Below, in pieces: positions 1-8,435 of a stretch of DNA of 32,000 nt. Where the stretch lies: positions 990,001 to 1,022,000 of the forward strand of contig CP178758.1 in the NCBI GenBank assembly GCA_047651235.1, written 5' to 3'. The position numbers and the translations under genes were made by a program. The first letter of the stretch is position 1; the number at the start of each line of letters is the position of its first letter. The DNA is from Candidatus Electrothrix yaqonensis. GTDB lineage: Bacteria; Desulfobacterota; Desulfobulbia; Desulfobulbales; Desulfobulbaceae. The notes under the pieces were generated by a model that saw only the letters and a list, made by a program, of their open reading frames with translations, was not told the DNA's origin and ran no database searches.

Positions 1-324
1 ATCCTGGAACGCCGCTATCCGGTGCTGCTCAGACAATTTGCCCTGCGTCGAGGTTCAGGCGGCAGGGGCCAATTCCACGGTGGCAACGGGTTAGTGCGGG
101 AACTGGAATTCCTGGAATCGCTCCAAGTGTCCATCCTCTCTGAGCGACGGGTTTATGCGCCGTATGGCATGAAGGGCGGGGAAGATGGAGCAAAGGGAGA
201 AAATGTGCTGATCCGTAAGGATGGAAGCCGGGTTGATTTGGGCGGGAAGGGGTGGGTGCAGGTCGAGGTTGGGGAGAGGTTGAAAATATGCACACCGGGA
301 GGTGGTGGCTGGGGATTAAAATGA
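1..324 (+). CDS. hydantoinase B/oxoprolinase family protein, C-terminal fragment (gene starts upstream of window)
   Basis: Frame 1 is open from base 1 to TGA 322-324. The tail [27 protein letters not shown]...[17 protein letters not shown] matches the conserved C-terminus of HyuB/5-oxoprolinase-type enzymes (recognised from memory). Confidence 0.8.
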   Translation: MLERRYPVLLRQFALRRGSGGRGQFHGGNGLVRELEFLESLQVSILSERRVYAPYGMKGGEDGAKGENVLIRKDGSRVDLGGKGWVQVEVGERLKICTPGGGGWGLK

Positions 325-1490
325 GATTGCTGGATACCAGCATGAAAGCATATGCGCTGTTTGTCATCAGCATTCTTTGCCTGTTCTGCACCCGCAACAG
401 TCATGCTGACGGCAAGATGTATCTGCGTCAAGATCGTATCCCGGCAAATATTCCTTACCAGCGAGCTCTGATCTTGTTTGATCACGGCAGAGAGACACTC
501 GTTGTGCAGAGCAAGTATTCTGCTCATGGCCTGAAAGAGAATGCTGTCGGCTGGGTGATTCCTGTGCCGAATGTTCCTGATGTGACATCAGTCGCCGCAG
601 ATGCCGCTGCAACAGCATTCTGGAAACTTGAAGACATATCGTATCCAGCAGTCACGCATTTTCTTCCGCAAAAATTTTGTCTTAGGATTTTAGGCATAGT
701 TTTTCTGTTTTCACTTGCCTATATGTTCTTGATGCCGGTCATTGTCCTTACCCGATGCGTCAAAGACAAATCATGCAGGCCGCTGAAACAGGCAGTTGCT
801 CAGCGAACATGGCCTGCAAGCTATGCCATGAATTTTCTTGTCTTCCTGCTGACTCTCATCATCCTTCCAAATTTTATACGCTACCGAGGGGGCAATGATG
901 TTGATATAGTGCAGGAGAAAGAAGCAGGGATTTACAACATACGCGTCATTCGCTCTGATCAAGGAAAATCCTTGGTCGAATGGCTGAACAGCAATGGCTT
1001 CAGATTCAACGCAGCTGATCAGGAAGCGTTCGATTTTTTCATTCACAAGAACTGGTGCTTTGTTACAGCGCAGATTAACGCCCAGAATCTTGCGGCCACG
1101 GATGAGCTTATCTCAGAAGGACTTGCCGCGCCCCTGATACTTGGCTTCAACACAGAGCAGCCTGTCTATCCTCTGAAGCTGACCGGCACCGCAGGCAGTC
1201 CGACAGAAATCTTGCTGTATATCTATGCAAAAAAGAAAATGCAGTGCGGCGACAAGCTGGAACTTAATTTTGCAGGTGAAAGCAGCTTTGACTTCTTTGC
1301 GTCAATCCTTTCTGAGATGATTGATACTATCACAGATAAACAGCTTGAACAGTTTATGCCGATTTCAGGAAAAGGCTACCTGACAAAATGCAAAGGCACC
1401 TTGCAGCCGGACCAGATGAAGAGCGACATTTGGTTTCTCGAAGCTGAGAACAGCACGGCTTATCGAAAAAAAATCAAAAAAGTATTGTAA
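321..1490 (+). CDS. secreted/membrane protein, DUF2330-like
   Basis: ATG 321 overlaps the upstream stop (ATGA). Signal-like [16 protein letters not shown]. Motifs [26 protein letters not shown] and [12 protein letters not shown] resemble the DUF2330 family. Two internal hydrophobic helices. The ORF-track start at 252 is probably a spurious upstream extension. Confidence 0.55.
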   Translation: MRLLDTSMKAYALFVISILCLFCTRNSHADGKMYLRQDRIPANIPYQRALILFDHGRETLVVQSKYSAHGLKENAVGWVIPVPNVPDVTSVAADAAATAFWKLEDISYPAVTHFLPQKFCLRILGIVFLFSLAYMFLMPVIVLTRCVKDKSCRPLKQAVAQRTWPASYAMNFLVFLLTLIILPNFIRYRGGNDVDIVQEKEAGIYNIRVIRSDQGKSLVEWLNSNGFRFNAADQEAFDFFIHKNWCFVTAQINAQNLAATDELISEGLAAPLILGFNTEQPVYPLKLTGTAGSPTEILLYIYAKKKMQCGDKLELNFAGESSFDFFASILSEMIDTITDKQLEQFMPISGKGYLTKCKGTLQPDQMKSDIWFLEAENSTAYRKKIKKVL

Positions 1491-1637
1491 CAGGGCAGGC
1501 AGCGGTCAAGGGCGGAGCGTGACCATATCTCTTGAAATTTGCAATAGCATACGATAGTGATGTATTATTTGTGTTATACAAAAATATAACAGCCCGGAAC
1601 GGTTCCTGCCGCCCCGGTCGTCAATCCGAGAACCGCC

Positions 1638-4600
1638 ATGAAACCGATGCCTCTGCTGTTGATCTCCGTTCTTTTACTGCTCTCCCTCCTGTGCCCCCTG
1701 TGCATTCCGCCGGTGCTCTGCAGGGCTGAACTTCCTGCCCTCCCGGACACCCCTGTACAACAGAACATCCGCATTACCTTTGATGTGGAACAGGCAAAGA
1801 TGGCAGGAGAATCTACCATCACTCTGCCGCCGGGCGGGGCGCTCAAGCTCCTGTTTGGTGATCTTGAACAGGTACGGATCATGATCAGCGAGGGTAAAGC
1901 GATGGAGGATAAAGTGGGTCAGGAGATTGCGCCCAACGACGATAATACTCTGCTGCTACCCTCTGCTGCTCTGCAGCGCACCCTTCGGATCTCCTGGCAG
2001 CTCACTGCCCCGCCTCCGGGGTATGGTTCCGGGAATCTGATCAGCCCGGAAGGCATCACCCTGACCGGCTTCTGGCATCCCGCAGCAGACCAGGACATGC
2101 TCTTTTCCCTGACTGCTGACCTGCCTGCCGGGTTCAACGGCATTACCGAAGCAGATGAGATCGCTCTGAAAAAAGATGAGGAAAACGGCATAGAACGGCT
2201 CTCGGCAGCATACCCGCATCCGCTGCCCGGCATCAACTTTGCTGCCGGGCAGTATACCGTACAGACCCGCGAACTGGATGAAGTCACGCTGTTTACCTAT
2301 TTCTTTGCCGAGGACGCCGAGCTGGCGGAAGGGTATCTCGACCGGGCAGCAGAGTATATCCAACGGTACGAAGACCTGATCGGCCCTTTTCCGTTTCCCC
2401 GCTATGCCATTGTGGAAAACCGCCTGCCCACCGGTTACGGAATGCCCGGTTTCACCCTGCTAGGCCAAGCTGTGATCCGGCTCCCGTTTATCAAAGACAC
2501 CTCGCTGGGCCATGAGATCCTTCACTCCTGGTTCGGCAATGCGGTGAGGAACGACGATATCGGCAACTGGTGTGAGGGGCTGACCACCCTGCTGGCCGAT
2601 CAGAGCTATGCCGAGGAAAAGGGCGAGGGGGTTGCATTCCGCAAGAAACAGCTCCTCCGTTATCAAGCCTTTGTGGAGCAGGGCAGCCCGACCTCTGTGG
2701 TTGATTTTCAGCACGGTGGTGACGGGCAGCCTATGGCCAGGAAAATGCGGGCTGTAGGCTATGACAAAGCAAGCATGATTTTCCATTCCCTGCGCAGGGA
2801 GATCGGTGATATCCGTTTCTTTGCCGGACTCATGCGCTTGTACGAGGAGAAGAAATATCAGCAGGCCGGTTGGGCGGATCTGGAGCGCATCTTTGAGGAA
2901 ATCAGCAGGACAGACCTGACCCAGTTCTTCAAACAATGGCTGCTGCGCAACGATATTCCTGATTTTGCTGTGGAACAGGTGGGCATGGAACAGAAGGAAG
3001 GGCAGACTGTAGTGTCCTTTCATATTGTCCAGCAAACCACGACGCCCTACCGGCTGCGCCTCCCGGTATTTATCAGAACACGGACGGAAACGGTGCAGCA
3101 GGTGGTCACTGTTGAGAAGGCAGACCAGGAAGTCTCAGTTACAACAGACAGCCTGCCTGTTGAGCTGCGCATTGATCCGGAATATGACCTGATGCGTACA
3201 TTGACTCCGGCCGAGCGCCCGCCTGTCTGGATGCAGTTCATGGGAGCAGAGCAAAAAACAGCAGTGCTGCCGGACAACGACGAAGAAACAGCACGGTATC
3301 AGCCCCTGCTTGCCTACCTGGAGCGGCTCGGTTGTTCTGCGGTCCGGGCTGAGAAGCTGCAGAACAGCGAGCTGGCCCAAGGCAGTTTTATCTTTCTCGG
3401 TAGCTCAACGCATCGCCGGGGACTCTTCGGGCCTGTACAGGCTTCTGAAGGCTTCACCCTTGATGTGCGGAAAAATCCGCTCAATCAGGACCAGGTTATG
3501 GTGCTGGTCACCTCCGCCTCTGCAGAGGAGACCACCCGGATTCTCCGCAAGCTCAGCCATTACGGCAGCTACTCCCGGCTTCATTTTGCAGAAGGTCAAC
3601 TTCAGGAGAAATGGATTGCCCCGGCGGACAACGGTATCCGGCTGCCCCTGGTGACCCCGCCTGCCGGTATCCCGGTCAGCCGGATCAGAGATTTTTCCGC
3701 CATTCTAGATGATATCGCGCAGAGCCGGGTTATTTATGTGGGAGAAATTCACACGGATTTCGGCACCCATCTTCTCCAGCTCCAGGTGATTCAGGCTCTG
3801 CGGGAAGAGCAGGAAAAGGCAGGCAGGCACGACGGGCTGGTTATCGGCATGGAGATGTTTCCCCGCACAGCCCAGCATGTTCTGGACGACTACATCAGCG
3901 GGATAATCCGCACCGAGCAGGAATTCCTGCAGCTCTCCCAATATTATGCTGTCTGGGGCTATGATTTTCGCCTGTATCGGGATATTATCAATTATGCGCG
4001 AGCGTACCGCATTCCCCTGATCGGGTTGAATTTGAACAGGGAGATTGTCAGTACCGTGTTCGATAACGGGGCAACCGATGCACTGACCCCGGAACAGCTT
4101 GCTGAGGTGGCTCAAGAGCGGGATGTGGATCTGCCCGGCTATCAGGAGCGGCTTCAACAGGTCCATATTTTGCATAAGAAATCAGAAAAACCGGCGGCAG
4201 AAGAAGCGGAAACAGGGGGGCCGGAGACAGAAGAAATAGGGAAAAAAGGTAATTTCGGCGGCTTTCTTCAGGCCCAATCCATGTGGGACGAAACTATGGC
4301 CGAATCCATTGCCGAGTATCTGCGGGCCCATCCGGAACAACAGATGGTCGTCCTGGCCGGGGCCGGTCATGTGTACAAGGACAGTGCTGTGCCGCCCAGG
4401 GTTGCCCGCCGGATAGATGTCCGCCAGTCCGTGCTCATTGCCGGCAACGGTCAGCAGACCGGTCGGGAAAAAGGCTGGCAGGCCGATTATCTGCTGTTTG
4501 TTGAAGATGCGCAGCTACCCCCTGCCGGGAAGATCGGGGTGATCCTGCAGGAAGAGGAAGCAGCAGAGGAACAGCCTGCCCGGGTAAAAATTACCGGGAT

Positions 4601-4844
4601 CAGTCCGCACAGCAGGGCCGGTGAGGCAGGGCTGCAGCAGGATGACATTATTTTTGCAGTGGATAGCTCTCCGGTAAGCGAAATAGGTGACCTGAAAATC
4701 GCCCTGCTCGACAAAAAGCCCGGAGATACGGTCCTGCTGAATATTGTCAGGAAAAGAGAAGTAATGGAGATCAGGGTGGAGCTTTCTGACTCTTCAGATC
4801 CGGGGATGAGCGCCGGGATGTCGCCGGGGCATCCGAAAAAGTAG
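1638..4844 (+). CDS. secreted multidomain protein: M1-like zinc metallopeptidase + ChaN/Tiki-like (haem-binding uptake) domain + C-terminal PDZ
   Basis: 1068-aa ORF with signal peptide MKPMPLLLISVLLLLSLL. HEILH at 2511-2525 followed by WCEG (HExxH...E zinc site). VIYVGEIHTDFGTH...VIGMEMFPRTAQHVLDDY...VVLAGAGHVYKD is typical of ChaN/Tiki superfamily. C-terminal ARVKITGISPHSRAGEAGLQQDDIIFAVD...GDTVLLNIVR is PDZ-like. Confidence 0.85.
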   Translation: MKPMPLLLISVLLLLSLLCPLCIPPVLCRAELPALPDTPVQQNIRITFDVEQAKMAGESTITLPPGGALKLLFGDLEQVRIMISEGKAMEDKVGQEIAPNDDNTLLLPSAALQRTLRISWQLTAPPPGYGSGNLISPEGITLTGFWHPAADQDMLFSLTADLPAGFNGITEADEIALKKDEENGIERLSAAYPHPLPGINFAAGQYTVQTRELDEVTLFTYFFAEDAELAEGYLDRAAEYIQRYEDLIGPFPFPRYAIVENRLPTGYGMPGFTLLGQAVIRLPFIKDTSLGHEILHSWFGNAVRNDDIGNWCEGLTTLLADQSYAEEKGEGVAFRKKQLLRYQAFVEQGSPTSVVDFQHGGDGQPMARKMRAVGYDKASMIFHSLRREIGDIRFFAGLMRLYEEKKYQQAGWADLERIFEEISRTDLTQFFKQWLLRNDIPDFAVEQVGMEQKEGQTVVSFHIVQQTTTPYRLRLPVFIRTRTETVQQVVTVEKADQEVSVTTDSLPVELRIDPEYDLMRTLTPAERPPVWMQFMGAEQKTAVLPDNDEETARYQPLLAYLERLGCSAVRAEKLQNSELAQGSFIFLGSSTHRRGLFGPVQASEGFTLDVRKNPLNQDQVMVLVTSASAEETTRILRKLSHYGSYSRLHFAEGQLQEKWIAPADNGIRLPLVTPPAGIPVSRIRDFSAILDDIAQSRVIYVGEIHTDFGTHLLQLQVIQALREEQEKAGRHDGLVIGMEMFPRTAQHVLDDYISGIIRTEQEFLQLSQYYAVWGYDFRLYRDIINYARAYRIPLIGLNLNREIVSTVFDNGATDALTPEQLAEVAQERDVDLPGYQERLQQVHILHKKSEKPAAEEAETGGPETEEIGKKGNFGGFLQAQSMWDETMAESIAEYLRAHPEQQMVVLAGAGHVYKDSAVPPRVARRIDVRQSVLIAGNGQQTGREKGWQADYLLFVEDAQLPPAGKIGVILQEEEAAEEQPARVKITGISPHSRAGEAGLQQDDIIFAVDSSPVSEIGDLKIALLDKKPGDTVLLNIVRKREVMEIRVELSDSSDPGMSAGMSPGHPKK

Positions 4845-4909
4845 AATTCTCTGTTGGTAAGGGAATTGAAGAATCATATTGCGTATTGAGGAGGGGAAAA
4901 GCAGCATTG

Positions 4910-5305
4910 ATGGAAGCAGAAAATAGAGGCTGGACTGCGCCGGAAAAGTTTGTATGCGCAGAGTGTGTCGGTGACGAGTTTTTAGCAAACGTTATTGAAT
5001 CAAATCTTTCCGCATATTTTTGTTCATACTGTCATAATCATAAAGAAAAGCTTATCGCAACTGAAGTGAAGAATATAATGCCTTATGTCGCTGATACATT
5101 TTTTCATTATTTTGAAGAACCCGGCTCAGCAGGTTTGCCGAGAGACCTGAGAGACCTGAGAGAATGTGGTGGGGAACAACTTATTATAAATACAGTCGAT
5201 GCTTTTATTTTATTAGGCTGGAAAAGCCACGATGACTTGTTTAATGATATTTGTAAGGCTTTTATACATGATACCTGGGTTCCACATTCCGACGGGTGGT
5301 GGTAG
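4910..5305 (+). CDS. HEPN/RES-NTD1-like zinc-ribbon domain protein, apparently lacking any effector domain (possible truncated toxin gene)
   Basis: ORF 4886(TTG)/4910(ATG)-5305 lies in an AT-richer islet. EKFVCAECVGDEFLANVIESNLSAYFCSYCHNH (CxxC..CxxC) resembles the N-terminal domain found fused to RES or HEPN domains. At about 131-139 aa it is much shorter than typical full-length members. Confidence 0.5.
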   Translation: MEAENRGWTAPEKFVCAECVGDEFLANVIESNLSAYFCSYCHNHKEKLIATEVKNIMPYVADTFFHYFEEPGSAGLPRDLRDLRECGGEQLIINTVDAFILLGWKSHDDLFNDICKAFIHDTWVPHSDGWW

Positions 5306-5384
5306 GGGAGGACACGAGAACATACACCGCAGGTACGTATGGGAGGGATTTGTTCAATGAACGAAAAGGGAAGAAGGATAGTGT

Positions 5385-5711
5385 ATGATAATTATCTGCA
5401 GGATAATATTATTTTTTTTAGGAATGTGTCTTTCTGTCCAGATTCTGGCCGCATTCTACCGTATTCTTGATCTGTGGTACACGATTCAGACGGAATACCC
5501 CCAGGTGATCCGGGAAATTGTAACGTGGGTAGGGGTAAGCGCTCTGATTGCCGGGCTGGTGGGGGAACGCCTGCGCAGCGCTTTTTTCTGGGGAATTGCC
5601 GCATATCTTCCCCTGTACCTGCTTATTTTCGTTGTGCTTCGCCATGCCCTGCGATCCAGAATCCGGGAAAAAGAAAGAAGAAAGGGGAATGTTTCTGCCC
5701 GCTCAAAATAA
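5385..5711 (+). CDS. small integral membrane protein (hypothetical)
   Basis: 108-aa ORF with three to four hydrophobic helices (IIICRIILFFLGMCLSVQILAAF, WVGVSALIAGLVG, FFWGIAAYLPLYLLIFVVL) and a basic tail. No family recognised. Confidence 0.5.
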   Translation: MIIICRIILFFLGMCLSVQILAAFYRILDLWYTIQTEYPQVIREIVTWVGVSALIAGLVGERLRSAFFWGIAAYLPLYLLIFVVLRHALRSRIREKERRKGNVSARSK

Positions 5712-6269
5712 TCCGAGTGAATAGGCCCGGCAGCAGGCTTCCAGATCAAAGACATTCAGCACCCGCAGATTGCGTTCCCGTGCCGCTTCTGCAAGGGGAG
5801 GAAAAGCCGGGTATTGCTCAGCCAGCTCTGCGGCTTGCTGTCGGTCAGGGATTGCCTCTATGCCGGAAGCCAGCACTTTGCCGGTTTGGCTGTCCAGAAG
5901 CTCGGCGTCCCGGCCGTTGGTGACCACAGCCAGCGGAATGCAGTAGGCCGGGTCCAGAACCCGCGCCGCAGCCAGCGCAGACTTTTCCCTGGTCACAAGG
6001 GAACCGGGGCCGTAGCGGAGGACAAAAAGCCGCTGTCCGTTGACCGACACGGTCAGATCGATAATGGAGCGGACAAAAATATGGTTGAACAGGGTCTCAA
6101 TGGTCAGGCGGGGTTCCAGTTCTTTTTTGGCAAAACCTTTTTCTTCCACCATCATCCGTTCCAGCTCCTGCCGAAGCCGCTCATCATCCGTGTCCGGCAG
6201 CTCCTCTCCGGTCAGATAATCCTCAAGTGTACCGTAAACCAGATGATGGTCGGGAATATTCCGTTTCAT
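5703..6269 (-). CDS. type I restriction enzyme HsdR N-terminal domain-like protein (standalone, about 188 aa)
   Basis: The pattern DYLTGEELPDTDDERLRQELERMMVEEKGF...IDLTVSVNG...ALAAARVL...PLAVVTNGRDAELLDSQTGKVL matches the standalone HSDR_N-type proteins common in deltaproteobacteria. It lies 38 nt downstream of the FG-GAP gene on the same strand. Confidence 0.65.
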   Translation of the reverse strand: MKRNIPDHHLVYGTLEDYLTGEELPDTDDERLRQELERMMVEEKGFAKKELEPRLTIETLFNHIFVRSIIDLTVSVNGQRLFVLRYGPGSLVTREKSALAAARVLDPAYCIPLAVVTNGRDAELLDSQTGKVLASGIEAIPDRQQAAELAEQYPAFPPLAEAARERNLRVLNVFDLEACCRAYSLGLF

Positions 6270-6307
6270 TGGTTTCTCTTACTTCGACCGTCGATTTTCA
6301 CGGAACA

Positions 6308-8047
6308 TCATTGCGTTCCGCCCTGGTTTACCTTCTGCTCCATTATATAAGAATGCACGGTAAACTCTCCGGAATTCCACAGGGGCAGCAGTTTATTATT
6401 TTCTTCCCCCTCAATAAAAACAAGGCGGAAACGATCAGGCCGGGCCGGTTCGCCGATCACCTGGTAATCAACCGTATAGCTCGGCACGTCCGGGGTTTCC
6501 CAGAGCGTATTCATCTCTGAACCGTTCCAGCGCAGGGCACAGACGGAAGAGCCTTCAAACGAGCTGAAGCGCTTCAGAAATTTTACTGTCACCAGGCGGT
6601 TGCGCCCGATAATGATTTCCGGTTTTCCGTCCTGATCCAGATCTCGGGTAAGAAGACGGGTATGCAGATGCCTTGCCTCCGGGTTATTCGATGGATTCCG
6701 GTCGCCGTCCGCCGTACTCCCCAGACTGCCGAGGATGGCTCTGCCCGCTCCGTATATATCCCCGCTTTCCCATATTTTTGCGCCGTTGCTGTCGAAGACG
6801 GCAAGTCTGTTCTGCCGGGTGACAGCGACAAATTCCATGGTGCCGTCCTGATTCAGATCGACCCTGATGAAATCATACAGCATTAGCCCCGGAGGAACAG
6901 CGAGCTTTTCTGCCTGCTGCAGCATTCCGTTCTCTCTGACCAGCCGGTACAACGGGCCGTTTCCCTGCCAATCTCCTGCCTGACCGAGCAGGACAGGGTG
7001 TCCTGCCGCATCTGTTCCCGGTCGGAGATAATAGGGCGCATTCTGGTACAGAAAACGGAACATCCGACCATCCCATTCGATAATCTGCGATGCAGGCTGC
7101 GTTCCGTTGCTGGCGCCTATGTAAATCTCCTGCCTGCCGTTTTTGTCAAGGTCTGCAAGATATACCCTGTGCGGAGCAAGATGATGGGCTATGAGCTGGG
7201 CCGCAATCCGCCGCAGACCGTTCGGCCCTGTGTGATACAGGTTCAGGCGACCATGTTCCAGAACCACAAGCTCCTTTTGACCGTCACCGTTCAGGTCACC
7301 GATATCCATCGCCAGGGCTGAAGAGGACGGCAACGGGTCCCGTCGGGCTGACAGCACGCTGAAACCGGATTCTGCCAATTGCGGCTCAGCGGTCTGCTGC
7401 TGATATTTTCCTTCCTTATACATCCGTTCCGGGTGCGCTGTCTGAAACCCGTCCATGCCTCCGGTGTCCGCAACAGCCTCAGGCTGTTTTTCCGGGCGGG
7501 GTTTGCTGAAGACTTGTTCCGCAATATCAATGGAAAGATCATCCAATGCAGGAAGAGCACGGGCAAGGTTACTCATTGTTGCTGAAAAAGAAGTCGCTGC
7601 TTGCTGACGACGGCTGAAGACATGAATCCTGATGATATAGCCTGATTCCTGTTCTGTCAGACTGCCCAGCAGCACGTATGCAGCCGGTACATTGTCGATA
7701 ATCTGCTGAACAGCTGCCCCGTCTTCCTGCTCGACCAGGGCAGCCGGTTCAGCAACCCCGATGTCCTGTGGGACAGCCACAAGTCCGGTCCGTTTTGCCA
7801 TGCGCGTTGCCAGAATATTGGCAAGCCCGGTCCGCAGGTACGTCTCGGCTGTTTTTGTCTGCACAGTAAAAGGAGGTATGATAATTTTTTCTTTGCTGCT
7901 CTTCTCCTCATCCACCGTACTGTCTGCTGCCCCTGCTGCTGTCGGCAGAGCAGCAAGAAGACAGCAGAAAACGACAGACAGACGAAACATCTTTTCTGCC
8001 GCAATCCGTATCGTATTGCTCAACTGAGCAATCTTCTGTAATTTCAT
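6308..8047 (-). CDS. secreted FG-GAP/VCBS-repeat beta-propeller protein with TolB-N/FlgO-like N-terminal module
   Basis: Four Ca-binding-type repeats: DIGDLNGDGQKELVV, ADLDKNGRQEIYIG, VDLNQDGTMEFVAV, RDLDQDGKPEIIIG. The N-terminal IIIPPFTVQTKTAETYLRTGLANILATRMAKRTGLVAV resembles the TolB-N-like module. Signal peptide FRLSVVFCCLLAALPTAAGA. The ATG at 8047 has a GGAG 9 nt upstream; alternative starts are 8062 and 7990. Confidence 0.8.
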   Translation of the reverse strand: MKLQKIAQLSNTIRIAAEKMFRLSVVFCCLLAALPTAAGAADSTVDEEKSSKEKIIIPPFTVQTKTAETYLRTGLANILATRMAKRTGLVAVPQDIGVAEPAALVEQEDGAAVQQIIDNVPAAYVLLGSLTEQESGYIIRIHVFSRRQQAATSFSATMSNLARALPALDDLSIDIAEQVFSKPRPEKQPEAVADTGGMDGFQTAHPERMYKEGKYQQQTAEPQLAESGFSVLSARRDPLPSSSALAMDIGDLNGDGQKELVVLEHGRLNLYHTGPNGLRRIAAQLIAHHLAPHRVYLADLDKNGRQEIYIGASNGTQPASQIIEWDGRMFRFLYQNAPYYLRPGTDAAGHPVLLGQAGDWQGNGPLYRLVRENGMLQQAEKLAVPPGLMLYDFIRVDLNQDGTMEFVAVTRQNRLAVFDSNGAKIWESGDIYGAGRAILGSLGSTADGDRNPSNNPEARHLHTRLLTRDLDQDGKPEIIIGRNRLVTVKFLKRFSSFEGSSVCALRWNGSEMNTLWETPDVPSYTVDYQVIGEPARPDRFRLVFIEGEENNKLLPLWNSGEFTVHSYIMEQKVNQGGTQ

Positions 8048-8254
8048 GTTGGCACACTCCAATTTTATGTGGCGTTCACAATTATTCTGTTTTTGTTTCG
8101 CTGTTTCAGTGAGTAAAAGTGATCAAAAACAACTGCTGCCGGGAGCAGCACGGAGAAGCAATTCCCCACCCTGAAAAGAGAGCTGTGACTGCACAACGCT
8201 CCGTTCGCGTAATCGGGCAGAAAAATCGGGAAGAATCAGGATAACCGCAAGTTG

Positions 8255-8283
8255 ATTATAACGTAACAGACCGGCATTGTCGA
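8255..8283 (-). promoter_or_regulatory. candidate sigma-70 promoter for the FG-GAP gene (-35 TCGACA, 17-nt spacer, -10 TATAAT)
   Basis: The minus strand reads TCGACAatgccggtctgttacgtTATAAT. It lies just downstream of the terminator of the preceding gene and about 200 nt upstream of the FG-GAP start. Confidence 0.4.
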
Positions 8284-8341
8284 TAAGTAGCGACAAAAGC
8301 ACGTTGCGTTGCGGATTTTATCGGAACAACAGGAAAGAACA

Positions 8342-8379
8342 GAAAAACCGCTACAGAGGGTGAGCGGCCTCTGTAGCGG
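8342..8379 (-). terminator. rho-independent terminator of the OM beta-barrel gene
   Basis: Perfect 12-bp stem CCGCTACAGAGG/CCTCTGTAGCGG (8348-8359 / 8368-8379) with an 8-nt loop, followed on the minus strand by TTTTTC. It lies about 57 nt after the stop at 8436. Confidence 0.75.
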
Positions 8380-8435
8380 CTGATCAGCCGAAACGGCGTG
8401 GCTGATGTGATGAAGAAGAGAGGGGAAGGAAACGG

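Noticed and set aside
252-320. Upstream extension of the DUF2330-like ORF (start at 252 in the ORF track)
   Set aside because: It would overlap the hydantoinase gene by 73 nt and add a Gly/Trp-rich non-signal leader. ATG 321 (ATGA coupling) or ATG 342 gives a proper signal peptide.
1572-1591. AT-rich palindrome TGTTATAcaaaaaTATAACA upstream of the M1/ChaN/PDZ gene as an operator
   Set aside because: This is a short AT-only palindrome in an AT-rich spacer with no recognisable adjacent -35/-10 pair. A chance occurrence is plausible.
5143-5162. Tandem 9-bp repeat AGAGACCTG x2 (and a similar TAATCTTGGG x2 at about 17225-17244)
   Set aside because: Both lie inside coding sequence and simply encode short duplicated peptides (RDLRDL; the C-terminal KITQD region). 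Two units are too few to call a repeat locus.
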